A stretch of DNA of 64,000 nucleotides from the NCBI GenBank assembly GCA_029260905.1, contig JAJDCH010000012.1, positions 2,249 through 66,248 on the forward strand, given 5' to 3'. The position numbers were made by a program, and so were the translations under genes. The notes below the pieces were generated by a model. It was not told the origin of the DNA. It ran no database searches and saw only the letters and a list, made by a program, of their open reading frames with translations. The first letter of the stretch is position 1. The number at the start of each line of letters is the position of its first letter. Positions 1 to 7,775 of this stretch are shown here, one piece after another. This stretch comes from Candidatus Levyibacteriota bacterium (lineage in GTDB: Bacteria; Patescibacteriota; Microgenomatia; Levybacterales; UBA12049).

Positions 1-2475
1 TGGCTGCTTGACTCTTATTCTCGCATCTTTTCTTGCTGACAGTCCCATCTCAACAATTTTTCTAACTATTTTCATATCATTAATCAGTTTTGAGTTTTGG
101 GTTTTGAGTTTTGAATCTGACAACGGCCAATCAACCAAGTGCACTGATTCCTCTTCAGTCAGATTTTTATAAATTGCATCTGATATAAACGGCGCAATTG
201 GTGCAAGCAGCTTACAAAGAGTTGTCAAAACTTCATAAGAAGTGGAATAAAATGCACCCTTATCATCCTCCCCAGTCGCGCTTGGCCCAACCCTATCCCT
301 ACTTCTCCTGACATACCAAGTTGAGAAATCATCAACGAATTTTTTGATGAGGTCAATAGCACTGACAGTATCATAACTATCCAAACTTTTTGTAGTATCT
401 TCTATCAAATTATTAAGAAGTGCCAAGATCCACTCGTCCAAAACGTTTTGAGTTTTGAGTATAGAGATTTGAGTTTTTGGATTCCAGGAATCCAGGTTCG
501 CATAAGTTACAAAAAAATTATAAGTATTCCAAAGAATAAGCATAGTACCTCTGATTTGCGATTTATATGCTTCCTCTGAAATCAAGATATCCTCACCCTT
601 CATCACAGGCGATCCAAGCAAATAAAATCTCAATGCATCCCCACCGTACTTATCAAGCATCTCCCGAGGATCTGGATAATTTTTAAAATTTTTACTCATT
701 TTTCTGCCATCTGTTCCAAGTATCACGCCCTCAACCAAAACATTTTTAAATGAAGGAGATTTATAAATCGCAGCTCCAATCACATGAAGAACATAAAACC
801 AAGCTCTGATCTGACCTGTATATTCAGCAATAAAATCAGGAGGAAAAAAATCATCTAATTTTTCATCCTTTTTAAACGGAAAATGCCGCTCTGCAAAAGA
901 AGCGGATCCTGCCTCAATCCAACTATCCAAAACCTCACTTACTCGCTTTGCATCCTTGCCACACTTTTTACACTTAACCATTACCTCATCGATATCAGGC
1001 TTATGAAGCTCAGACACCTTTCTACCTGACGCCTCTTCAAGCTCTTTTATAGATCCTGGAACAAACCTCTCCCCACACTTACATTCCCAAACAGGAACAG
1101 GAGAACCCCAGTATCTATTGCGAGAGATATTCCAATCTGGTGCATTTTCCAAACTTTTTAAAAATCTTCCATTTTTAAAGTGTTTTGGATACCAACCAAT
1201 ATCAAAGTTTGTTTTTTTCATCAGAGGCTTGAGATCTTGAACATTTACAAACCATGCATCAATTGGCGCATAGTAAAGCCTTGTATGACACCTCCAACAA
1301 AGAGGAACTCGGTGAGTGTAATCAACTTTTTTATAAACAAGACCACGCTTTTCAAGATCTTCATCAACTGCCTTGTTGGCTTTGAGATAATACATACCAC
1401 CAAAAATAGGCACCTCATCTTTAACATGTCCCTCCTCATCAAGATGAAGCTCCATGTGAACACCCTCTTCTTTCATCAGCTTCATATCCTCTTCACCATA
1501 AGCAGCAATTGTCACAACACCTGTCCCATCTAGTGCTGTCACAAACTCTCCTCCCAGTATTTCAAATACTTTTCCTTTTGCACGATTGCTGTAGTAATCA
1601 TAGTGCGGAACAAATTTTTTACCAATCAGATCTTTACCCATTAATCTCCCAACAATTTCGCATTTCCCATCAAGCATCTTTTGTGTTGTCTCAGCCAAAA
1701 TATAAAATTCTTTTCCTTGTTTAACTTTTATGTATTTCATTTCAGGATTAACAGCAAGAGCAGGTGTTGCTATCTTTGTCCAGGGAGTTGTTGACCATGC
1801 AAGAATATAAGTATCTTTTTCACCTTCTAGCTCATACTTATATGTTGTAGATGGATCAACAATGTCTTTGTAATTATCTGCATCCATCGCCACTTCAAAA
1901 TTGGAAATAGGTGTTACGCAATGCGGACAATAAAGAGAAACCCGAAGCCCCTTGTACACAAATCCCTTGTCATACATTTGCTTAAAAACCCACATCACAG
2001 ACTCCATATAATTCTTGTCCCAAGTTTTATATGCATTTTCAAAATCAACCCATCTGCCAATCCTATCCACATACCATTCCCAATCACTTGAAACCATATT
2101 TACATAATGCTTGCACTCGTCAATAAATTTCTTAACACCTACCACTTCTTCAATATCTCTCTTGCTCTGAATTTCAAGCTCCTGCTCAACTTTATTTTCA
2201 ATCGGAAGTCCATGCCCATCCCAACCCCAAACACGTCTCACTCTATATCCCTTCATAGTAAAATATCTACCAAATAGATCTTTGGGAAGACTTGAAAGAA
2301 GCGATCCATAATGAGGCATACCAGTTACGAAAGGGGGTCCGTCCAAAAAAGTCCATGAACCATTTGGTGCATCTTTTTCAACTGATTTTTCAAAAATCTT
2401 ATTTTTTTTCCAGAATTTAAGTATTTCATTCTCCAGATCAGGAAAACTAACTTGCGGTGAGACAGACTTAAACAT
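1..2475 (-). CDS. ileS: Isoleucyl-tRNA synthetase, type 2 (archaeal/eukaryote-like); partial, C-terminus lies beyond the window start
   Basis: Hand translation of the minus strand from the ATG at complement 2473-2475 gives MFKSVSPQVSFPDLENEILKFWKKNKIFEKS...FLDGPPFVTGMPHYG. That matches the IleRS type-2 N-terminal region (FYDGPPFATGLPHYGH-like), plus WSTTPWT and a KMSKS-type GRKMSKNFKNYPDP motif. The ORF is missing from the track because it runs off the window edge. Confidence 0.8.
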   Translation of the reverse strand, partial: MFKSVSPQVSFPDLENEILKFWKKNKIFEKSVEKDAPNGSWTFLDGPPFVTGMPHYGSLLSSLPKDLFGRYFTMKGYRVRRVWGWDGHGLPIENKVEQELEIQSKRDIEEVVGVKKFIDECKHYVNMVSSDWEWYVDRIGRWVDFENAYKTWDKNYMESVMWVFKQMYDKGFVYKGLRVSLYCPHCVTPISNFEVAMDADNYKDIVDPSTTYKYELEGEKDTYILAWSTTPWTKIATPALAVNPEMKYIKVKQGKEFYILAETTQKMLDGKCEIVGRLMGKDLIGKKFVPHYDYYSNRAKGKVFEILGGEFVTALDGTGVVTIAAYGEEDMKLMKEEGVHMELHLDEEGHVKDEVPIFGGMYYLKANKAVDEDLEKRGLVYKKVDYTHRVPLCWRCHTRLYYAPIDAWFVNVQDLKPLMKKTNFDIGWYPKHFKNGRFLKSLENAPDWNISRNRYWGSPVPVWECKCGERFVPGSIKELEEASGRKVSELHKPDIDEVMVKCKKCGKDAKRVSEVLDSWIEAGSASFAERHFPFKKDEKLDDFFPPDFIAEYTGQIRAWFYVLHVIGAAIYKSPSFKNVLVEGVILGTDGRKMSKNFKNYPDPREMLDKYGGDALRFYLLGSPVMKGEDILISEEAYKSQIRGTMLILWNTYNFFVTYANLDSWNPKTQISILKTQNVLDEWILALLNNLIEDTTKSLDSYDTVSAIDLIKKFVDDFSTWYVRRSRDRVGPSATGEDDKGAFYSTSYEVLTTLCKLLAPIAPFISDAIYKNLTEEESVHLVDWPLSDSKLKTQNSKLINDMKIVRKIVEMGLSARKDARIRVKQP
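84..118 (-). repeat. Degenerate tandem heptamer tract (TGAGTTT-like, about 5 copies) inside ileS. Coding strand reads AAACTCA/AAACCCA repeats, translated in frame as KTQNSKLKTQ-like
   Basis: Direct reading of tcagttt tgagttt tgggttt tgagttt tgaatct. Confidence 0.6.
450..477 (-). repeat. Degenerate tandem heptamer tract (GAGTTTT GAGTATA GAGATTT GAGTTTT) inside ileS
   Basis: Direct reading; same AAACTCA family as the tract at 84-118 and 4573-4586. Confidence 0.55.
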
Positions 2476-2566
2476 AGGTTTAATTTTAGCCTAAACACCG
2501 ATCTAATTCAAGGCTCTAGACAAACACTTAATTTGAGCTATAATAAGGTCAAGCTTCTGCTCAGTC

Positions 2567-3682
2567 ATGAAGATTAAAAAAACAAAAATTAGAGAAAGAA
2601 TAATTCCCTTCGCGCTTGCTCTAGCAGCAAGCATTATTTCTATTTTTATAGCAATTATCCTTAAACCCATTTTGGGCGATCAAATTTTTTTCTTCTCACT
2701 TATTGCAGTTGTCTCATCGGTTTTATCCAAAAACATAAAAGCAGGACTCACAACCACTTTTCTAAATACTCTTGGCATTACATATATTTACTCAGTCGAT
2801 CTTTCATCTGGAACACTTAATCCGATAATATTCATTATTCAAATATTTATTTTCCTCTTATCATCAGTTTTTCTTCTGAGTCTTGCAGACAAAATAAAAA
2901 ATACCAATGAGGTTCTTGCTTACAAAAAAAGAGAAAAAGAATACCTCGAATTGATTGAAAAAATGAAGCTGGAAAAAGCTGAAGATGAAAAAAAAATACG
3001 GGCAAGAGACGAATTCCTATCAATCGCATCACATGAACTAAAAACCCCTCTTTCGTCTATGCTTCTTCAAGTTCAAATGGCTATACATAATATAAGAAAC
3101 GTTTCCCTTGCTCAATTCTCAGTTGAAAAATTAATGAAAATGCTGCAATCAACCGAGCAGCAAACCCACCGCTTATCAAAGATGATTAATGACTTACTAA
3201 ATGTTTCACTTATTACAACCGGGCGACTCGAACTAGAAAAAGAAAGGTGTGACCTAAAACTACTTGTCAAAGGCGTTATAGAACGTTTTCATGAAAGAAT
3301 AAAAAAAGAAAAGTATCATGTCAAATTTGAGTCAAAATCAAAAATTATTGGCAACTGGGATAAATTGAGAATTGAACAAGTAGTAGGAAATTTAATTTCA
3401 AATGCTATTAAATATGGTGATGGAAAACCAATTGAGATAAAAGTTGTAAAATCAGGATCTAACGCAAAAATAACAGTTGTCGATCAGGGAATAGGTGTTC
3501 CGCAAGATATTCAAAAGAAAATTTTTGAAAGATTCCAACGAGGTGTTTCCAATCAAGATTACCGCGGACTTGGTGTGGGGCTATACATAGCAACTCAAAT
3601 TGTAAAAGCACATAGTGGTAAGATATATTTATCAAGTAAACTAGGAAAAGGTTCGACTTTTACAGTAGAACTACCCCTATAA
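2567..3682 (+). CDS. Membrane-anchored sensor histidine kinase (HisKA + HATPase_c). No response regulator is adjacent
   Basis: H-box SIASHELKTPLSSM and ATPase G-boxes DQGIGVP / GLGVGLYIATQIVKAHSGKI. Two N-terminal TM segments. Confidence 0.8.
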   Translation: MKIKKTKIRERIIPFALALAASIISIFIAIILKPILGDQIFFFSLIAVVSSVLSKNIKAGLTTTFLNTLGITYIYSVDLSSGTLNPIIFIIQIFIFLLSSVFLLSLADKIKNTNEVLAYKKREKEYLELIEKMKLEKAEDEKKIRARDEFLSIASHELKTPLSSMLLQVQMAIHNIRNVSLAQFSVEKLMKMLQSTEQQTHRLSKMINDLLNVSLITTGRLELEKERCDLKLLVKGVIERFHERIKKEKYHVKFESKSKIIGNWDKLRIEQVVGNLISNAIKYGDGKPIEIKVVKSGSNAKITVVDQGIGVPQDIQKKIFERFQRGVSNQDYRGLGVGLYIATQIVKAHSGKIYLSSKLGKGSTFTVELPL

Positions 3683-3699
3683 TAATTTTAGTAATTGAC

Positions 3700-3900
3700 A
3701 AAATCTCAAAACGGGATTATATTAAACAAAATTAAATTGGTCAAAAGGTCCGAAAGCTGTGTGATTCAGCGCTATGCCGTAACTGTTAAAGTCAGATCGC
3801 AGACTTTTGATCTCAATTACCATCCTTCGAGCAAAGGAGAGGCTAGCTAAGTTTAGACTTAACACAGACTTCTCACTTGAGAAGTCTTTTTTTACTTCTC
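3700..3900 (+). ncRNA. Candidate cobalamin (B12) riboswitch-like structured leader with an intrinsic-terminator expression platform
   Basis: The 259-nt untranslated region sits upstream of a putative corrinoid-binding cluster. It has partial matches to core B12-riboswitch elements: GGTCCGAAAGC vs GGUG-AAA-UCC, GCG..GCCGTAACTGT vs GC.G..CCGCCACUGU, and AAGGAGAGGCTAGC vs the B12-box AGCCAGGAGACC. Matches are imperfect and no covariance-model search was run. Confidence 0.3.
3866..3893 (+). terminator. Rho-independent terminator: 9-bp perfect stem AGACTTCTC / GAGAAGTCT, 4-nt loop, then a T7 run
   Basis: Read directly from the sequence. It lies 50 nt upstream of the 3942 start codon, consistent with a riboswitch or attenuator OFF-state terminator. 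Confidence 0.55.
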
Positions 3901-3941
3901 AGGTAGCTAACTGCCCCTTATCGAAGATTTGAATCAAAAAT

Positions 3942-4568
3942 ATGTTTGCACAAATTAAAAAACTATTTAAACAACTTCCAGTTCTTGTCTGGATATCAAT
4001 TCTGTTTTTCGGGTTGGCAATTGGACTCTACGCTACTCCTACAAATACTGATAAAAAATCAGATACAGAAACAGAAACAATCTTTCCTTCACTTGTTCCC
4101 TCTATTACTGATGAAAAAAACACTAATTTTGATTATTTAAAAACAACAAATAATGCACAGTCAATCACCCCTACAATTGTAGTTTCAAATTCTTCTAATG
4201 GAGAATCTCAAACAACTGCAAAAAATCAGAATGAGGCCAAAAATGAATCAGGAAATAGTCAGCAACAATCAAAAATTTCAGTAACCCTATCTATTAATGG
4301 CTCCTCAGTTGGTGCTGTTAGCCTTGATGAGGGATCAAACCAATGCAACGTGCTATCGAATGCAAAAGATCAAGGAAAAATATCAAGTCTTGATATGCGC
4401 TACATTTCAAGCCTTGGAACAAATGGTGTTTATAAAATAAACGGGATTGGAAAAGACAACGCCATCTGGTGGGTTTATAAAGTAAATGGCGCATCACCAA
4501 GCCAAGGATGCAGTCTGGTTAAAGCAAACAATAACGATAATGTTGATTGGGAATATGTTGGAAATTAA
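3942..4568 (+). CDS. Secreted/TM-anchored low-complexity protein with a C-terminal DUF4430-like (transcobalamin beta-domain-like) region
   Basis: N-terminal TM helix; S/T/N/Q-rich linker; C-terminal GVYKINGIGKDNAIWWVYKVNGASPSQGCSLVKANNNDNVDWEY, recalled from memory as DUF4430-like. Confidence 0.4.
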   Translation: MFAQIKKLFKQLPVLVWISILFFGLAIGLYATPTNTDKKSDTETETIFPSLVPSITDEKNTNFDYLKTTNNAQSITPTIVVSNSSNGESQTTAKNQNEAKNESGNSQQQSKISVTLSINGSSVGAVSLDEGSNQCNVLSNAKDQGKISSLDMRYISSLGTNGVYKINGIGKDNAIWWVYKVNGASPSQGCSLVKANNNDNVDWEYVGN

Positions 4569-4572
4569 TATG

Positions 4573-4586
4573 AAACTCAAAACTCA
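4573..4586 (+). repeat. AAACTCA x2 heptamer repeat at codons 2-5 of the secreted-protein gene
   Basis: Direct reading; the same heptamer occurs in ileS. Confidence 0.7.
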
Positions 4587-4619
4587 AATTTATAAAAATA
4601 ATCTTTGTCTTTTGCTTAC

Positions 4620-4647
4620 CACTTTTTGCTTATCACTTTTTGCTTAT
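4620..4647 (+). repeat. CACTTTTTGCTTAT x2 (14-mer) perfect tandem repeat, preceded by a partial copy, in the signal-peptide coding region
   Basis: Direct reading. Confidence 0.75.
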
Positions 4648-5938
4648 CACTCCTGTTTTTGCTGAATCTACTACTACAGATATTGCTCTTGATTTCTTAA
4701 GATCCAAGCAGGACTCTACCGGAAGAATAAATACTGGCTTTTCTGCTCCTTCTCAATGGTCTTCAATTGCTTTTGCATCCCAAAATATTAACATTTCAGA
4801 TGTCAAAAATCCCGATGTATCACTTCTTGATTTTCTCAAAACAGATATTCCTATTGATCCATCAGCAGCAACAGATTGGGAAACAAAAATTCTAGCAATT
4901 GTTGCAATTGGTAGTAATCCATCAAATTTTAACGGTGAAAACTTTATTAAAAACCTTGAAGACTTTCACACTGATGGACAAATTGGTGATATATGCTCTT
5001 TAAATGACGATATCTTTGGACTACTCGCACTCACCGCAAGCGGAAAGTTGGCTGACAACAAGATAAAACAAGACGCACTTAATTTTATTATTGATAATCA
5101 GGACGAAACTAATGGAGGATTTGGTTTTTCTGCTCCTGGCTGTGAATGGTATAACACATCAACAGACATGACAGCAGCAGGACTTCACGCTTTAGTATCA
5201 GCCAGGGATAGCGGTATGGAAGCAGCAGGGTTTGATGATGCTATAGATCAGGCAAAAAATTATCTTTTTTCAAACCAAAATTCTGATGGAGGATTTGGAT
5301 ATTCGGAGAAATCTGATTCAGACACAACTGGCTGGGTAATAATTGGTCTAAATGCTGCAGGTCTTAGTAGCTCAACTGAGGCAAAAAATGCCAAAAGCTG
5401 GCTTCTTACACAACAATCAGAATCAGATGGAGGTTTTACTGCTTTTGATTGGGGAACAAGTGAATTTGTATCCAATGCCACAACTACCTCTCATGCGATC
5501 CTTGCCATAAACGGTAAAACATGGATTTCCAAAATTTATCAAGCATCAACTGATGACATCATCCCAACTTCTACTCCCTCTCCGACAAATATGCCAACCC
5601 CTAGTCCAACTCTGACGCCAACACCAACAGCTACTCCTACAACATTAAGCACCACCAACAGCAACACAACCAATATCTACAATTACTCATCTGGCTTGGG
5701 ACAAGACACAGACAACATCAATAAGTATCTACAAAACCAAACACCAAAAGAACAAATCAATCAAGTTCTCGGAGAAAAAACAAAAAATGAAAATCATGAA
5801 GAAATAAAGATTGAAAATTTAAATAGTGGACTCAGAAGAATCTTTGCTGAAATATTCTTTTTTCTCGGAATAGCAACTTTAAGTTTTTATATAGGCGGTT
5901 TAAATCAAAAGAAAAAAGTTTCTCAAAAGTTGTTATAA
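4640..5938 (+). CDS. Secreted alpha/alpha-toroid protein with prenyltransferase/squalene-cyclase-type repeats (transcobalamin alpha-domain-like), ending in a P/T-rich linker and a C-terminal TM anchor. The 5' end is frameshifted relative to its ATG and signal peptide
   Basis: Repeated QxxxGG(F/W) motifs: QDSTGRINTGF, QDETNGGFGF, QNSDGGFGYS, QQSESDGGFTAF. The PTPSPT linker is followed by a hydrophobic C-terminus. The track's start is a TTG at 4640 and leaves no signal peptide. Confidence 0.55.
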   Translation: MLITPVFAESTTTDIALDFLRSKQDSTGRINTGFSAPSQWSSIAFASQNINISDVKNPDVSLLDFLKTDIPIDPSAATDWETKILAIVAIGSNPSNFNGENFIKNLEDFHTDGQIGDICSLNDDIFGLLALTASGKLADNKIKQDALNFIIDNQDETNGGFGFSAPGCEWYNTSTDMTAAGLHALVSARDSGMEAAGFDDAIDQAKNYLFSNQNSDGGFGYSEKSDSDTTGWVIIGLNAAGLSSSTEAKNAKSWLLTQQSESDGGFTAFDWGTSEFVSNATTTSHAILAINGKTWISKIYQASTDDIIPTSTPSPTNMPTPSPTLTPTPTATPTTLSTTNSNTTNIYNYSSGLGQDTDNINKYLQNQTPKEQINQVLGEKTKNENHEEIKIENLNSGLRRIFAEIFFFLGIATLSFYIGGLNQKKKVSQKLL

Positions 5939-5945
5939 TATTCTT

Positions 5946-6470
5946 ATGAAAAACATTTTAAAAAATCCTATTATTCCAATCTCCATTATCTTTATCGCTG
6001 TAATCGCACGTCTTATTCCACATGTTCCAAATTTTGCGCCAATTGCTGCAGTTGCGCTTTTTGGGGGTACATACCTTCCCAAAAAATTTGCATTCATAAT
6101 TCCACTTCTTGCAATGTTTTTTTCTGATATTTTTCTTGGGTTTCATTCAACCATGATTTATGTATATGGAAGTTTTGTTTTGACAACTTTTATTGGTCTC
6201 TGGATTAGGAAAAATAAAAAAATCTCAAATACGATCCTCGGAACATTTGGCGCATCTATTCTTTTCTTTCTAATTACCAATTTTGGTGTCTGGGCTAATG
6301 GAATGTACTCAAGAGGTATTGAAGGGCTAACACAAAGCTATATCATGGCGATTCCTTTTTTTCGTTTCACCCTTGCAGGGGATCTTTTTTACACAGGCAT
6401 CTTTTTCGTGGGATATGAATTAATCTTAATGTACTCCCAAAAGTATGCCAAAGCAAACGCCAAAGCTTAA
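5946..6470 (+). CDS. Small polytopic membrane protein (about 5 TM). A possible ECF-type substrate-capture component, but unverified
   Basis: Hydrophobicity pattern only, plus its position inside the putative corrinoid-uptake cluster. Confidence 0.35.
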   Translation: MKNILKNPIIPISIIFIAVIARLIPHVPNFAPIAAVALFGGTYLPKKFAFIIPLLAMFFSDIFLGFHSTMIYVYGSFVLTTFIGLWIRKNKKISNTILGTFGASILFFLITNFGVWANGMYSRGIEGLTQSYIMAIPFFRFTLAGDLFYTGIFFVGYELILMYSQKYAKANAKA

Positions 6471-7395
6471 AAAACTAAGAATCTTATCTCTTCTTCCCGC
6501 AGCAACTGAAATCATTTCCCTACTTGGTCTTTCAAAAAATCTTGTCGGTATAGGACATGATTCTTACTACCCCAAATCAGTAGCTGGACTCCCAAAAGTC
6601 ACAAGTACGATAATAACAAATCAGATGACAAGTCTTGAAATTGACCGAGCTGTCAAAAGAAGCATTCACAAAGGCCAGAGTATTTTCCATATTGATAAAA
6701 AGATAATTTCCAAACTTTCCCCAAATCTTATATTTACCCAGGAACTATGTCCGGTCTGCGCGCCATATCTAAAAGATGTTAAACAAATTGTAAAAAAAAT
6801 AGAAACAGATGCTAAGATTGTTTCTTTCTCTCCTACTACGATTTCTGATATTTTTGAAAATATCAAAACAGCTGGGAAAATAATAGGAAGATTAAAAAAA
6901 GCTAACAAGCTAATAAAAAATCTTAAACTTAGAATTAAAAAAGTAAAAGATAAAACAAGATCCTTGAAAAGACCGAGTGTAATAATAATTGAATGGATAG
7001 ATCCTATCATGTCCTCTGGGCACTGGACTTATGAGATGGTTGCTGTAGCAGGCGGGAGACTCTTTCTTTCTGAAAAAGGCGGCAAATCCAAAAGGATTCT
7101 CTGGGAGGATGTTTTGAAACTTGATCCTGATATACTTATCATCGCCCCTTGCGGATTTGATATTAAAAGATCAAAAAAGGAAATTGGGATTATTAAAAGT
7201 AAAAAAGGATTTAAAAATTTGAAGGCATACAAAAATAAAAAAATTTTTTATATGGACGGTGACTCATATCTGACGCGTCCAGGCCCCAGAATAGTAGATG
7301 GCATCGAAACCCTTGCCAAGATATTACACCCAAAAATTTTAAAAGAAAACACACAGAAGAGCACAGAGAAAAATAAATTAAGAATACCTTTGTAA
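6445..7395 (+). CDS. Periplasmic/solute-binding protein of the BtuF/FhuD (TroA-like, class III) family, a cobalamin or siderophore binder
   Basis: N-terminal LRILSLLPAATEIISLLGLSKNLVGIGHDSYYP resembles the BtuF motif (SLAPSNTEILFALG..VVGVS). The length is typical of the family. Confidence 0.6.
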   Translation: MPKQTPKLKKLRILSLLPAATEIISLLGLSKNLVGIGHDSYYPKSVAGLPKVTSTIITNQMTSLEIDRAVKRSIHKGQSIFHIDKKIISKLSPNLIFTQELCPVCAPYLKDVKQIVKKIETDAKIVSFSPTTISDIFENIKTAGKIIGRLKKANKLIKNLKLRIKKVKDKTRSLKRPSVIIIEWIDPIMSSGHWTYEMVAVAGGRLFLSEKGGKSKRILWEDVLKLDPDILIIAPCGFDIKRSKKEIGIIKSKKGFKNLKAYKNKKIFYMDGDSYLTRPGPRIVDGIETLAKILHPKILKENTQKSTEKNKLRIPL

Positions 7396-7613
7396 AATCT
7401 TTGGGTTTGTTTTATCATTTCACCCATTCCTTGAATCTTTGCTGGAGCTATTTCTGTATCCAAAACTTGAAACTCTCCATCTGCTTTGATAACTCCTCTT
7501 TCTAAATCTATTGGAGTATATACTCCTGATATATGCGTTTCTCTTTCCAAGCCAACAGCTCCATCCTCTCCTACACTAAATCTTAAACTTCCTTGAATCA
7601 GCTGACAGGCCAA
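7248..7613 (-). CDS. Hypothetical small protein. Only the first ~70 aa (7400-7613) look genuine; the remainder overlaps the 3' end of the BtuF-like gene
   Basis: An AAGGA-like RBS lies upstream of the ATG. Sequence MACQLIQGSLRFSVGEDGAVGLERETHISGVYTPIDLERGVIKADGEFQVLD was not recognised. Confidence 0.25.
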   Translation of the reverse strand: MACQLIQGSLRFSVGEDGAVGLERETHISGVYTPIDLERGVIKADGEFQVLDTEIAPAKIQGMGEMIKQTQRFYKGILNLFFSVLFCVFSFKIFGCNILARVSMPSTILGPGRVRYESPSI

Positions 7614-7775
7614 TCCTTTTCTTATCTCATCATCAACGGCCTATTTCCTATCGCTACTTCATTTCTCCAATGTTCTCTATCTATTCTAAAAAGACCATCA
7701 GCAGAATTTGCTGTCATATTGAAATACTTTTATCATGTTTTCTTATTAAGTCAAGATAATTTATCTTAATCAAGA

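Larger units (their letters stand above)
4570..4665 (+). other. Out-of-frame 31-codon ORF (MKLKTQIYKNNLCLLLTTFCLSLFAYHSCFC) carrying the ATG and signal-peptide start that apparently belong to the downstream 4640-5938 gene
   Basis: The ATG at 4570 lies in frame +1 relative to the main ORF. Deleting one AAACTCA copy, or adding one 14-mer copy, fuses MKLK(F/T)...LFAYHFLLITPVFA-ESTTTD into the main ORF. Frames were verified codon by codon. Confidence 0.6.

Noticed and set aside
1180-1724. Three short plus/minus ORFs from the track (1180-1533, 1245-1463, 1509-1724)
   Set aside because: They lie entirely inside the long minus-strand ileS reading frame recovered by hand translation. They are frame-shadow ORFs.
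3894-3901. Second copy of ACTTCTCA just after the terminator T-run
   Set aside because: It could pair with GAGAAGT, but it lies downstream of the U-tract so it cannot act as an antiterminator. Probably coincidental.
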